The notes below the pieces were generated by a model. The model made no database searches, had not been told where the DNA came from, and was given only the letters and a program-made list of their open reading frames with translations. Shown here one piece after another: positions 16,593 to 35,328 of a stretch of DNA of 64,000 nucleotides. Both the position numbers and the translations under genes were made by a program. The stretch lies in NCBI RefSeq assembly GCF_009914755.1, contig NC_060930.1. One strand, 5' to 3'. The stretch's first letter is position 1; every line of letters begins with the position of its first letter. This DNA is from the human T2T-CHM13v2.0 reference genome, Homo sapiens.

Positions 16593-16641
16593 AAAAAAAA
16601 AAAAAATCAAATAATGTGAATTTGAAAGTAGTGGTGCAGAC

Positions 16642-16790
16642 TAGTGGTTCTTAACCCTGGCTAACAATGAGCTTAAAAATAAACAAGTGCCCCATCCCAG
16701 ACCCATAATGAGTCAGAATCTCCAGGCATGAAAGCCTAAGAATCTGTACTTCTTAAGGCTTCCCAGATGATTTGGATGTATAATAAGATC
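16642..16790. mobile_element. MER5A-like hAT MITE
   Basis: AGTGGTTCTTAACCCTGGC...TCAGAATCTCCAGG...CCCAGATGATT pattern. Confidence 0.6.
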
Positions 16791-17708
16791 TGATCTTAAG
16801 GAAAATAATAAATCATAAGGCAATTTTTAAAAAGAGAAGCACTATAATGTTTTACACAATGATCAATTTTTAAAAATACTTTAAAGTCTCAAGTTGCATA
16901 TATAGTTAAAAAAAAGGTTATAAAACATGAAGAACATAAAAAAATTAAAAAGGATGCCAATGAAGACTCCAAAGGTTAAGAAAATGCAGGCCGACTTTCA
17001 CCTGAATAGTGTAGACAAGTGATTTTAAAAAAGCCATACCAAATGGCAACAACTACTCTGGATTGTCTTTTAAGAGAAATCAAATACGCTCTAGTGAATT
17101 CTTTGATCTATATTTATCAAAGGGTTTCAGTTTCAGAGATGGCTCACAGGCCAGTGAAGTTTTGTTCTTTGCCCCAGTTATCTTCCAGTTAACCGAAGGG
17201 CACACTTTTTCTAAGTAGACTGGTTACTGTATCCAATATTATGATATTGTCACAAGCAGACTGCTTACAAACATGTGCTTCAGTATGCTCCATGAAGACT
17301 GAGTATGCTGTTCTATGATGAAGCCTTTGCTAATTAGATCTCTGCCAAGAGACTCAAATCTATTCCCAAATATAGAATTTCTGTATTACAGCTCTATGAA
17401 TTGCAGTTACATTCAGGTGCCAGGACAAACTGATAAATATTTAAGCTCTTTCTGTGCTTGTCTGATAAATAAGCCAGGATGGAATTACTTGACTCACTAA
17501 ATTTAACTCAGTGTTTAGTTTCAAGATCCTTTACTGGTTTAAACCCTGAGCATTATAGCTTGATTCAGGCTTACATTTAAAACTTTAGTGCCCCAACCCG
17601 GACATCTACTTTGTAGCACATAGGGAGGCAGGCACTTAAAAAATATCTGCTTTAATCTTTATTCTTTTTACTATCCTTTGGCTTTCTTGTTCAAAAAAAA
17701 TTTAGTCA

Positions 17709-20710
<3,002 letters not shown>

Positions 20711-21933
20711 GAATGAACACCTAATGTTGAAGGAGGATGGGCTCTGGGTAAATTGATGGCACCAAGTAGTGATGTGTTTGTCATTGAGTGCAGAAAAAAC
20801 ATAAGAAAGTCTAGGAAAGGACCATTTAACAGCCTGACCTTAGCAGAGCCCTGGAGGTCCTGCTCTCATTTAGGCGTCATACTAGGATCCAGCAAGGGAA
20901 TTTTCTATGAGAGTTGGCTGCTGCCATCAGGACAGAAGTCTATTAAATAAATAGAAGCTGGGAGCACCCAGTGACTTCAGTGGTTGTACTGACTAGAACC
21001 ACAAAACTGGTAAAAAATGGCTGAAAGTTGGTTGGTAATAACTCCAGTGATATATTCCTTCTTTAATCATGCATTAACCAGGAACTTGTTCATTTATTCA
21101 ATAAATATTTACAGACCAGCCCCATGGGCTTGGCTATATGCTAGGCATAACTGACTTGACAGTCAAAGAACTGGGCCTCTGTCCTCACTGGTTCATTTGC
21201 TATTTAGTGAGGAAGACAGACAAACCCCAAATCACAGTAAAGCAGAGGAGATTATGGCAGGAGCCTACTGCAAGGAAGGCTTCACCCAGTCCAGAGGTTT
21301 CAGCTGATTCCTCAGAAGATGGGGGGTGGGGTGGGATAGGTAGAGGAAAGTGTTCCTGGCAGAAGGAGCAGGGTGTTTAAAGGCCAGGAGGAGGCGGCGA
21401 GGGGCATTCACAGACCTAAGAGAAGTTCAATATGGTATGGGTCGAGGTAGAGTGTGACAGAGAAGAGCAAGAAATCGTGACAGAGGGATAGCAGGTAGGG
21501 ACAGAACGGAGATGACTTATCAACAATAAGGAGTAATGATTTTATTGGGGGGTGCGAGGTGGCAAATTTTTCTTTAGATTTCATTCTTCAACTTACTTTG
21601 AGATGTTTGTTGTTTATTTCTGCTAGAATTCTCATACTTGAAAAATCATCCTTGCATTTTATGTCTATATCCCAGCTCGGCCACTTAGCAGTGTAACATG
21701 CAAATCACTTAAACTCTCTGTATCAGTTTACTCACCTGTAAAGGTGCCTAGAACAGTCTGTGGCACACAGTATGACTCAATCATGCCATTAATCATCTAC
21801 CTGGACTCACAGAATTATAAACCTTCCAAGTTTACTAGCAAGCAATTCTCTAAGACAACTAGGTATTTTTCTTTAAAGAATGGTAAGCACTAGTAGAGCA
21901 ATTGAGACTTTTCCTTTCTTCTTTTTAATACTG

Positions 21934-22169
21934 TAGATTGAGTATCCCTTATTTGAAACGCTTAAGACCAGAAGTGTTTCAGATTTCAAATTTTTTCAGA
22001 TTTTGGAATAAGTGCATTATACTTACTGGTTGAGTATCATTAATCTGAAAATCTGAACTCTGAAATGCTCTCATGAGCATTCCCTTTGAGAGTCACGTTG
22101 GTGCTCAAAAACTTTCAGTTTTGGAGCATTTTGAATTTTGATTTTTCTCAATTAGGGATGCTCAACCTG
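21934..22169. mobile_element. Tigger4a/MER46-like Tc1-mariner MITE
   Basis: Terminal inverted repeats TAGATTGAGTATCCCT / AGGGATGCTCAACCTG followed by TA. Confidence 0.75.
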
Positions 22170-22441
22170 TATTATAAAAGAAATTGGATGGATGGCCATT
22201 CTTGTTGTAGCTATTAAGAAACACAACACACTATTCCATAAAAAAAACAAAAAATAAATTATAAAACAAACCATTATTAATAGTTTATGATATTTTTGAG
22301 ATTTTTAGGAAGTTTATCATTTAGACTCTTCATTTCACTTTTCACACCAGTTTTGTATCTCACACTATAATTCAAGAGTGACTATATCTTCCTGTAAGAT
22401 CAGACTGCTTGTGATTCTGGGCCCATGGAACAAAACTGTAC

Positions 22442-22651
22442 CTTTACAAGTTGCTCCTGTTGACGTTCCAACTCGCGGATTTCTTGGTTGAGGATGACTG
22501 CAATATGCTGAGGTTGGCTCCGACATTTACTACAGATGCCATGCTGAGTTAGGTCATCACACACAGGACAGTGTAAGGTAGTAAAATATTGTGAAATAGT
22601 GCCTTTCCGCCCTTCAGGTTCACTTCGCGAGGAGCTGGTAGCTTTATGGAT
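22442..22651 (-). CDS. REV3L: REV3L penultimate exon (CysA motif)
   Basis: TTATAG acceptor, AAG/GTACAG donor; IHKATSS...HCPVCDDLTQHGICSKCRSQPQHIAV...QLVK; 210 nt, phase 0-0. Confidence 0.98.
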
Positions 22652-22877
22652 CTATAAAAACATCCATTCAGAAGTAAGCCTGAGTCAGCTTCACAGCAAA
22701 GCTGCTATTTTCATGCTAATTACAGGTTTACTCAGGCATTCATTCATTCGTTCATTCACTCATTCAACAAATGTTGAGTAGCTACTATGTGCCAGGCACT
22801 GTTCCAGACACTGGAGCTACAGAAATGAATGAAGTCCTTGCCTTCATGGAACTTACATCTTAATATTATCAGATACA

Positions 22878-23321
22878 TTTTTTTTTATTATTATAATTTA
22901 AGTTCTAGGGTATGTGCAGGTTTGTTACATATGTATACATGTGCCATGTTGGTTTGCTGCACCCATCAACTCATCATTTACATTAGGTATTTCTCCTAAT
23001 GCTATCCCTCCCCCAGCTCCCCACCCCCCGACAGGCCCTGGTGTGTGATGTTCCCCGCCCTGTGTCCAAGTGTTCTTGTTGTTCAATTCCCACCTATGAG
23101 TGAGAACAGGCGGTGTTTGGTTTTCTGTCCTTGTGATAGTTTGCTGAGAATGATGGTTTCCAGCTTCATCCATGTCCCTGCAAAGGACATGAACTCATCC
23201 TTTTTTATGGCTGCATAGTATTCCATGGTGTATATGTGCCACATTTTCTTAATCCAGTCTATCATTGATGGACATTTGGGTTGGTTCCAAGTCTTTGCTA
23301 TTGTGAATAGTGCCGCAATAA
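22878..23321 (-). mobile_element. L1PA 3' end (ORF2 C-terminus and 3' UTR), sense to REV3L; L2 remnant at ~22735-22860
   Basis: ORF 23083..23265 (WIKKMWHIYTMEYYAAIKKDEFMSFAGTWMKLETIILSKL) is the L1 ORF2 C-terminus; G-rich tract and poly(A). Confidence 0.95.
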
Positions 23322-23474
23322 ATCCCTTTGTAAAAAAGTTATTAGGTTAGCCTCTTACAAATGTCATTGGGTTAACATTCTTGCCGATGATGAAATGAAC
23401 ATTAGTAATAAAGAATCTGAGTTTCCTGCCTTAGAGCCAGGATATGTGCTCAGAACACTTAGTAACATATAGGT

Positions 23475-23675
23475 GGGCAAGATCATCTAACACAAAGCCT
23501 ATTTTATAATAAAGTGTTGAATATCTCATGGAATTTATTGAATACTGTACCAAAAATGAAAAACAGAATGGTTGTATGGGTACTTGAACTACGGTTTCTA
23601 CAGAAGGCATATCATTTTCGCACCATCGTTAAGTAGAAAAATCTTAAGTTGAACCATCATAAGTTGGGGAACAAC
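23475..23675. mobile_element. TcMar-Tigger MITE fragment (MER82-like)
   Basis: AAAATCTTAAGTTGAACCATCATAAGTTGGGGA terminal motif; family assignment from recall. Confidence 0.55.
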
Positions 23676-24010
23676 TATAATGCTATTTTACCATTGCAGT
23701 AATTCTTTACTCTGGTTTCTTCAGGGCTGTGTCTAGTGTGTCTAGATACTAAATCCTACACCTTTCTTAGACATTCATTTCGAAGGAATTTTTGCTGTAC
23801 ATTTATTTTCTATTAACTGGCTTATTCTACGTTATTTGCGGCTACCATTGAAATTGTTGTGGGATTTATTTTAATATTTCTATAATTTGGCCAACTTGAT
23901 AGAAGCTAGGAATGTGTTTGTAGAATACTTAAAACGTTTATCTTTTAGGAAACCAGGAGAGCATGGCATCTTTGCCAGTTTAGGACAGAGGATCTGCTTT
24001 GCTCTCACAG

Positions 24011-24846
24011 TGAAACAGGAAAGGTTCCCTTGTTCCCCTTGCAGGGTGTGCGAGAGGGACAATGGCTCGCTTCTTCAGTGCCCCGCTGCTCAAACCTCTA
24101 GGGGAGCACACAGACGGGCAGGTTGTGGAGCTCTGGCCCCATGGCAGTGTCTAGGGGTGAATGTTTACAGCTGAAGCCCCAGTGGGTGTGTGTTACAGGG
24201 TATTCTTTTAGTTTGCTGTCTATAGGCGGCTTGTGTTAACCAGCTCAATTAGACCCTCTAGCTTGTCTCAAGGATGGAGGGCTTTCTGTATTCCGGGTTC
24301 TTGCCTTGGTGTACCAGAAGAATCCGATCACCCGTGGGCTAGGAGAATGAGTGCAACGTTTTATTGAGTGGAAGTAGCTCTCATCTGATGGTGGAATCAG
24401 CAGGGAGATGGTTTTCCCCTGGAGTTGGGCTTCTAGGTGGCCCCGTCTCTTCTCTGACTGCCCTGGCCAAACTCCACCTTGTCCTGCCGGTCAATGGCCT
24501 GCCAGCATGCCAGTGCCTCTCGGTGTGCTGTTCTGCTGGCGTGCTCCTCTTGACGACCAGCTGCTTGGGTCTTCCACCGAAGTGTTCCTCACAATGTCCA
24601 GCCGCTCGTGTGTCTGCCCACTAGGGTCTCGGGTTTTTATAGGCCCAGGATTGGGGCATGGCAGGCCAAGGTGGTCTTGGAAAATGGTAACATTTGGGCA
24701 TGAAAGCAGGAGTGCCTATCCTCACCTAGATCTGTGGGGGTGGAGCCCTAGCCAGGGACCCACCTTTCTCTACCCAGCACTTCCCCTCCCGCTTTCCGTA
24801 TCATTTTACGGGACCACACTCTTCCCTTCCCAGCACTCCCATATCA
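24011..24846 (-). mobile_element. Solo LTR, LTR1 family (HUERS-P2), sense to REV3L
   Basis: Minus strand TGATATGGGAGTGCTGGGAAGGGAAG...CCTGTTTCA; 4-bp TSD ACAG/ATAG; AATAAA at 24360-24365. Confidence 0.8.
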
Positions 24847-24932
24847 ATAGCACATAAAACCTTTAGTTCTACTGAAAATTTGGAGTGAAATCTCTCCATA
24901 GTTAGAGCACATGTACTATTTGGTAAGCTTAC

Positions 24933-25179
24933 CCTTGGTAATTCATGATACCAGCTGAAGACATCAATACCAATAAGTGAGAAGATTCTTGCCAAGGGTG
25001 GAAGGATTTGCTTGGTAATATAGTAAGTAGCATTCAGTCTCAGAGTTGGGTCCTGCAGGACTTCCACTGGGCGCCTTACAAGCTGGATAAGTGGTACTCC
25101 GGGGGTCCCATAAATGATGACGTATGGCACTCGCTCCCCAACCTGAGGCTCAGAGCGCCGGTCATAAGTCAGCATTTTC
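24933..25179 (-). CDS. REV3L: REV3L exon (thumb domain end)
   Basis: GAATAG acceptor, AGG/GTAAGC donor; KMLTYDRRSEPQVGERVPYVII...WYHELPR; 247 nt, phase 2-0. Confidence 0.98.
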
Positions 25180-25457
25180 CTATTCGAATTCAAAGAAAAA
25201 AACCACACCCAAATACTGTTATGGAAGCCATCTTTCTCACAAATTAAGTCAGAATTAAACAATAATAAAACAATGAAAAAACTACAAAAGACAATTTCAA
25301 AACAGAATTACTATTTCTTTGAGAATAATATATATACATTTTGCTTAGTTGACACCAAGTGTAGATATCCTACAAGAGTTTAAAAATTACTCTGTAAATC
25401 ACTGTTACCTGGAAAATAATGAGTTGGCAGATATCAACTAGCTTAAGATGTATTTTA

Positions 25458-28262
<2,805 letters not shown>

Positions 28263-28431
28263 AGACACTACAAATAAAATTCTCAAAATTCATGTAGTTA
28301 CTCCTATAGTTATATTAATTATATAGGCTATAGTTCCTTCACCTAGATGCATGTTTAAGGGTAGTTACATTTTCACCAGACACTTTAGCCACTTATTTCT
28401 TACAGATGAAGACAAGATAGATAAACCTTAC

Positions 28432-28569
28432 CTTAGAAACAGCAGGGCAGGAATCTCTTCTGACTGTTTCTATTCCTTTTGCATCAAATACTGGGTCCTT
28501 CTGATCCAGTGTTTCATACATGTAACCCACATACCTCTTTTTTGTTTGTAAAACACAGGGCAAATATAC
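28432..28569 (-). CDS. REV3L: REV3L exon (palm/thumb, KKRY and KGIETVRRD motifs)
   Basis: CCACAG acceptor, AAG/GTAAGG donor; VYLPCVLQTKKRYVGYMYETLDQKDPVFDAKGIETVRRDSCPAVSK; 138 nt. Confidence 0.98.
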
Positions 28570-29305
28570 CTGTGGTAAAATTAATAAAATGCCTCTTAAA
28601 AACCATTTCCCCCCACCAAGAATGTTTTATTTTTATGTCTTTGTGCTTTCTTTAATCAAGTATCAATTATTTAAAAAATTCTATATATGACTTTGGGCCC
28701 AACAAATTCATGATATAACACGTGGGAGCAAAATGAATTGTCTTTAAGTTGTTACCACTTGCTCACTCCTTTTCTTGCGCTACCAGTTTTGTTTATTTAC
28801 TGAATAAAGTATAAACACTTTAGCTTGGCATTCAAGACAGTCTACAGTCTGGTCTCAACTTTATTTTTCCGGATCTATCTCCTGCTTCCCCGTATTTCCA
28901 TACTGTCCTTTTCCAATTCCATACATGCCATTTTCTTCTGTGCAGAATGATTGCAGCCCCATGTCTGCCTACTGAAATTCTAACAATTTTTCAAGACATA
29001 GTTCATTGTTACTTCCTATATGGAGTCTCCCTATCCAGCCCAGGAGGACGCAATTCCTCCTTTCCTTTGTGCTCTCACAGTGTTTAAGCGGGCTATTCTC
29101 ATCTTGCTTTCCGTTATGTTTACAACAAGAGACTGCTTATATACATTCCTAACCTTTCCTTTTAGATTACTGGCTCTTAGAGGGCAGGACTGTGTCTTAT
29201 GCTTCTTCGTATTCCACACAGTTCCTAGGCTAAGTATCTTTTATACAGAAAGAAAGAAATACATATTTGATATCTAAAGGTAAGTGAAAAAGAGTTCAAA
29301 GTCCT

Positions 29306-29851
29306 TGTGGTAGACTTTGTTTTGCAAAGAAAGAATATATCTTCCATCCTACATGGTCTTCTTACAATGTGACTTTGACATTCTTCCTATTAATAGTGGG
29401 GTCTAAGTTCACTCCCTTTAAATCTAGAGAGGCGTGGGACACTGTGTTACTTTGAGCCTGGGTCATACAAAACAAAGCAGCTTTTGTGTTTCTTTGGGAT
29501 GTTCACACCTAGAACCCAACCCTCATGTTGTGAGGGAGAACAAGCAGCCCCGGTGAAAGGCCACTGGTAGGTGTTCTGGCTGATGTTCCAACTAGTAGCC
29601 AGCATCAACCACCAGACATGATGGTAAGCAAGCTTCAGATGGTTTCAACCCTTAGCTGCTGGTTGGGTTACCCCTAACCCCTAACAGTCTTCTCAGCTGA
29701 GGAACTAGACATCGTGCAGCAGAGAAAAGCCATTCCAGTTGCACCCTGTCTGCATTCCTGAGCCAGAAAATCTGTGAGCAGAATGAAATGCTGGCTGTTT
29801 TACACCATTAAGTTTGGGGTGATCTGTTACACAATAATAGTTACTGGAACA
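29306..29851 (+). mobile_element. MLT1 (G/H-like) solo LTR
   Basis: TGTGGTAGAC...TGTTTTACACCATTAAGTTTGGGGTGATCTGTTACACAATAATAGTTACTGGAACA MaLR termini. Confidence 0.75.
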
Positions 29852-30347
29852 AAGTTTTCATTTCCTTACATATATACATTACTAAACAAATTTTGAGAAA
29901 ATTATACAAAAGAGAAAATATTTAAATACTTTTTTTTTTTTTTTTTTTTAGAGACAGGGTCTTACTTTGTTCCCCAGGCTGGAGTGCACCGGTCAATCAC
30001 AGTTCACTGTAACCTTGAATACCTGGGCTCAAGTGGTCCTCCTACTTCAGCCTCTGGAACAGCTGGGACTACAGGCGTGTGCCACTATGCCTGGTTAACT
30101 TTTTAATTTTTGTAGAGATGGGGTCTGGCTATGTTGTCCAGGCTGATCTCAAACTCCTGGTCTCAAGCAACCCTCCTGCTTTGGCCTCCCGAAGTGCCAG
30201 GATTACAGACATGAGCCAGTGACCCAAATTTAACACTTTAATAGACCCGTATACTGTTAGTGATTCTGAAAATGTACTGAACAAATCAGAGGTCTCTAGA
30301 AGGTATATGAATTTTATATGTAATTACTAATATTACATTCCTCTTAC

Positions 30348-30462
30348 CTTTTCAAACTTCAATTTCACTGGTTTAGGATTGGTAGCAGTTACAGCTTCGG
30401 CAATTTCCTGACCAATCTTAAAAGACTGCTCCTTAGTGGCTCCTTTCAGTAGCACAAACATA
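30348..30462 (-). CDS. REV3L: REV3L exon (palm, immediately after motif C)
   Basis: CCTTAG acceptor, AAG/GTAAGA donor; (S)MFVLLKGATKEQSFKIGQEIAEAVTATNPKPVKLKFEK; 115 nt, phase 2-0. Confidence 0.98.
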
Positions 30463-30763
30463 CTAAGGGGATTAAAAATAAAGTAAGGTAATGAGGAAGT
30501 CATTATAACAAAAATTTTATCAAGAGTAACTTTCCTGGCTATGACTCTTGTCTAATGCCAAAGAAAACTCCCTTTCTCCTATTTACTCTTTAAGATGCTT
30601 TCTATGTAAGCTCTCCTGTTTTATTACTTTCCTTATGTACTTATATCTTGTTACAAATCTTTTAAGACATCCAATATTTCTAACACACAGATCAGCTCAG
30701 ATATCCCAGTAGTCAAGAAAGTCCTGGATCATCCCTGGACATTTAAGGCTTTGTATGGTACAC

Positions 30764-31928
<1,165 letters not shown>

Positions 31929-34900
31929 TCATGTTACTTGGTAATGAATAATATTGAATTACATGAATAAAAAACACCAATATAAAATATACTCAAAATA
32001 CCAATACAAAATATACTCAAAAATAACTGATAAAATGCATTGGGCATCTTTTTTTCTATTTCAGTATATTCTACAACCTGACCACCAACAGAAGTAATGG
32101 TTAATAAATATTTAAGTAAGATAGATTATAAAGTTCATCTTCACTTATATTTCTAGTGAAAAGACATTAAATAGTGGAAATGGATGATATCTTGAAACAT
32201 GACTTTAAGATTCTTTTTTCTAGCCATATAAACCAATCTCATATTTCTGAAGTGTTTTTATACTGGATTTTTAAATCCCATTTTGGATGGTTTCTTTGGA
32301 AAAAGTCCCTGCTAATAATGGAGACAGTACTTGCCTGACAGCCTAATATGAAAAATTAAAAGAAAGGAAAAAAGTAGTTTATTCAACTCTACTAAAAGTC
32401 TTTAAAATAAATATTGTCTCAATCTGAATTAATTTTAACATTCACTAAGGTAGAATAAAAATGCCTTAGTTAATTAGACCTTCAATCTAGGCTATACTTC
32501 GAACCATCTGAAGGTTTTTTTTAGTTTCTTTATAGGCCATCTGATGCTCATTTATACCAATACTACCTTACTTTATTTTATTTAAGAGGCAGGGTCTCAC
32601 TCTGTTACCGAGGCTGGAGTGCAGTGGCATAATCATGGCTCACTGCGCCTCAACCTCCTTGTACTCCTTCACAATAATTTTTCAGTCTATTCCTGGCCCC
32701 AGGTTCAATACATAAGACTTGCTTTCTGTTATATAGGTTTTTTCCAAGAATTTTATATAAATGAGCTGGGTACAGTAGCTTTTGCCTGTAATCCCAGCAA
32801 CTCTGGAGGCTGAAGTGGAGGACTGCTTGAGGCCAGGAGTTTGAGATGGCCTGGGCAATATAGTTAGACCCTGTCTCTAAGTAAATAAATAAAAATTTTA
32901 TATAAATGAAACTATATAGTATGTACTCTTTTATATCTGTCTTCTTTCACTCAGCATATTTTGAGATTCATCCATGGTGTCAGAATAACAGCAACTGGTT
33001 GGTTTCCATTGTTGAGCAGTATTCCACTGTATGGATATACCACAATTTGCTTGTCCAATCACTCACTGATAGACGTTTAGATATTTTGCAGTTTTGGACT
33101 ATTACGAACAAAGCTCCAATGAAGAATCATACACAAGTTTTTGTGTGGACATAGGTTTTCCTTTTTCTTTTTTCTTTTTTTTTTTTTGAGACGGAGTCTT
33201 GCTCTGTCACCCAGGCTGGGGTGCAGTGGCGCGATCTCGGCTCACTGCAAGCTCCAACTCCTGAGTTCACGCCATTCTCCTGCCTCAGCCTCCTGAGTAG
33301 CTGGGACTACAGGGGCCTACCACCACGCCCGGCTAATTTTTTGTATTTTTAGTAGAGACGGGGTTTCACCGTGTTAGCCAGGATGGTCTCCATCTGCCCG
33401 CCTGTATTTTTAGTAGAGACGGGGTTTCACCGTGTTAGCCAGGATGGTCTCCATCTGCCCGCCTGAACCTCCCAAAGTGCTAGGATTACAGGTGTGACCG
33501 TGCCCGGCCAGGTTTTCTTTTTTCTAAGATAAGCATAAAGGAGTGGAATCACTGGGTCATATGCTAAGTGTATGTTGAACTTCATGTGCAACTGCCAACT
33601 TTTTATGAAAGATTATTCTTAAAATGTTCAGATGCAATGATGAATGCAACATTTTTTTTGTTTGTTTTTTGAGATGGAGTTTTGCTCTTGTTGCCCAGGC
33701 TGGAGTGCAATGGCGTGATCTCAGCTCACCGCAACCTCTGCCTCCCAAGTCAAGCGATTCTCCTGCCTCAGCTTCCCGAGTAGCTGGGATTACAGGCATG
33801 CACGACCACGCCCGGCTAATTTTGTATTTTTAGTAGAGACGGGGTTTCTCCATGTTGGTCAGGCTGGTCTCGAACTCCCGACCTCAGGTGATCTGCCCAA
33901 AGTGCTGGGATTACAGGCATGAGCCACCGCGCCCGGCCGTATGCAACATTTAAAATAAGTGCACATACACATATTTCTGTACGGTTTTATAATAGGCAAA
34001 ACTAAGCTACAGTAATAAAAATCAGATAAGTGGTTGTCTAGGGCATGGAGTGAGGGCGAGGGATTCACTGTAAAGGGAGAATAAGATAACTTTTTAGGGT
34101 GATAAAAAGTGTTCTATATCTTGACGGGCATGATAGCTGGTAACTTGGGCCTATATATTTTAATATTTTATTACATACTATACATGTTGTTAAAAATTAT
34201 AATTCCATAAAAATGATAAAGAAATAAAGGTACATATACTTTACATCTTAAAAGTTATTATTGGCTGGGTGCGGTGGCTCATGCCTGTAATCCCAGCACT
34301 TTGGGAGGCCAAGGTGGGTGGATCACGAGGTCAGGAGTTCAAGACCAGCCTGGCCAACATAGTGAAACCCCATCTCTACTAAAAATACAAAAATTAGCTG
34401 GGCATGGTGGCGCATGCCTGTAGTCCCAGCTACTCAGGAGGCTGAGGCAGGAGAATGGCGTGAACCTGGGAGGCAGAGCATGCAGTGAGCTGAGATTGCG
34501 CCACTGCACTGGACTCCAGCCTGGGCGGCAGAGCGAGATTCTGTCTCAGGAAAAAAAAAAAAAAGTTTCTGCTAGGTTGCCACGGCTGGGAAAGGTACTG
34601 TGTATGTGTGGGGAAGTGGAGATGGTTAATGGGTACAAAAATGTAGTTAGAATAAGACCTAGTATTTGATAGCACAGCAGAGAGATTACAGTCAACGATA
34701 ACTTATTGTACATTTAAAAATAACTAAACGTTTAATTGGAATGTCATCATAATTGGAAGGTCATTTACCTTCGTCTATCAGATTTCCTTCATTTTGATGA
34801 TGAGGCAACTAAGCCTCAGAGAGGCAAAATGACTTATTAATGGTTATGCCATCATCTAGGAGTATAGCTAGAAAGAGAATCCAGGTCTCCTCACTCTCAG

Positions 34901-35169
34901 TTGGGAACTCCTTTTTTTTTTTTTCTCTGAGATGGAGTTTTGCTCTTGTTGCCCAGGCTGGAGTGCAGTGGCGCGATTTTGGCTCACTGCAACCTCCAAT
35001 TCCTGCGTTCAAGTGATTCTCCTGCCTCAGCCTCCTGAGTAGCTGGGATTATAGGCATGCACCACCACACCCAGCTAATTTTTTTAATTTTTAGTGATCC
35101 ACCTGCCTCGGCCTCCCAAAGTGCAGGGATTACAGGTGTGAGCCACTGCACCTGGCCTTTTTTTTTTGA

Positions 35170-35328
<159 letters not shown>

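Noticed and set aside
17315-17433. ATGATGA ... CTGA suggesting a C/D-box snoRNA
   Set aside because: Antisense to the host gene, no terminal stem, no recognisable rRNA guide.
24011-24846. LTR1 as an internal promoter for a CTD-only protein
   Set aside because: The last two exons contain no Met, and I found no convincing in-frame LTR ATG plus donor.
29668-29686. CCCCTAACCCCTAAC telomere-like motif
   Set aside because: Only two imperfect units inside an MLT1 LTR.
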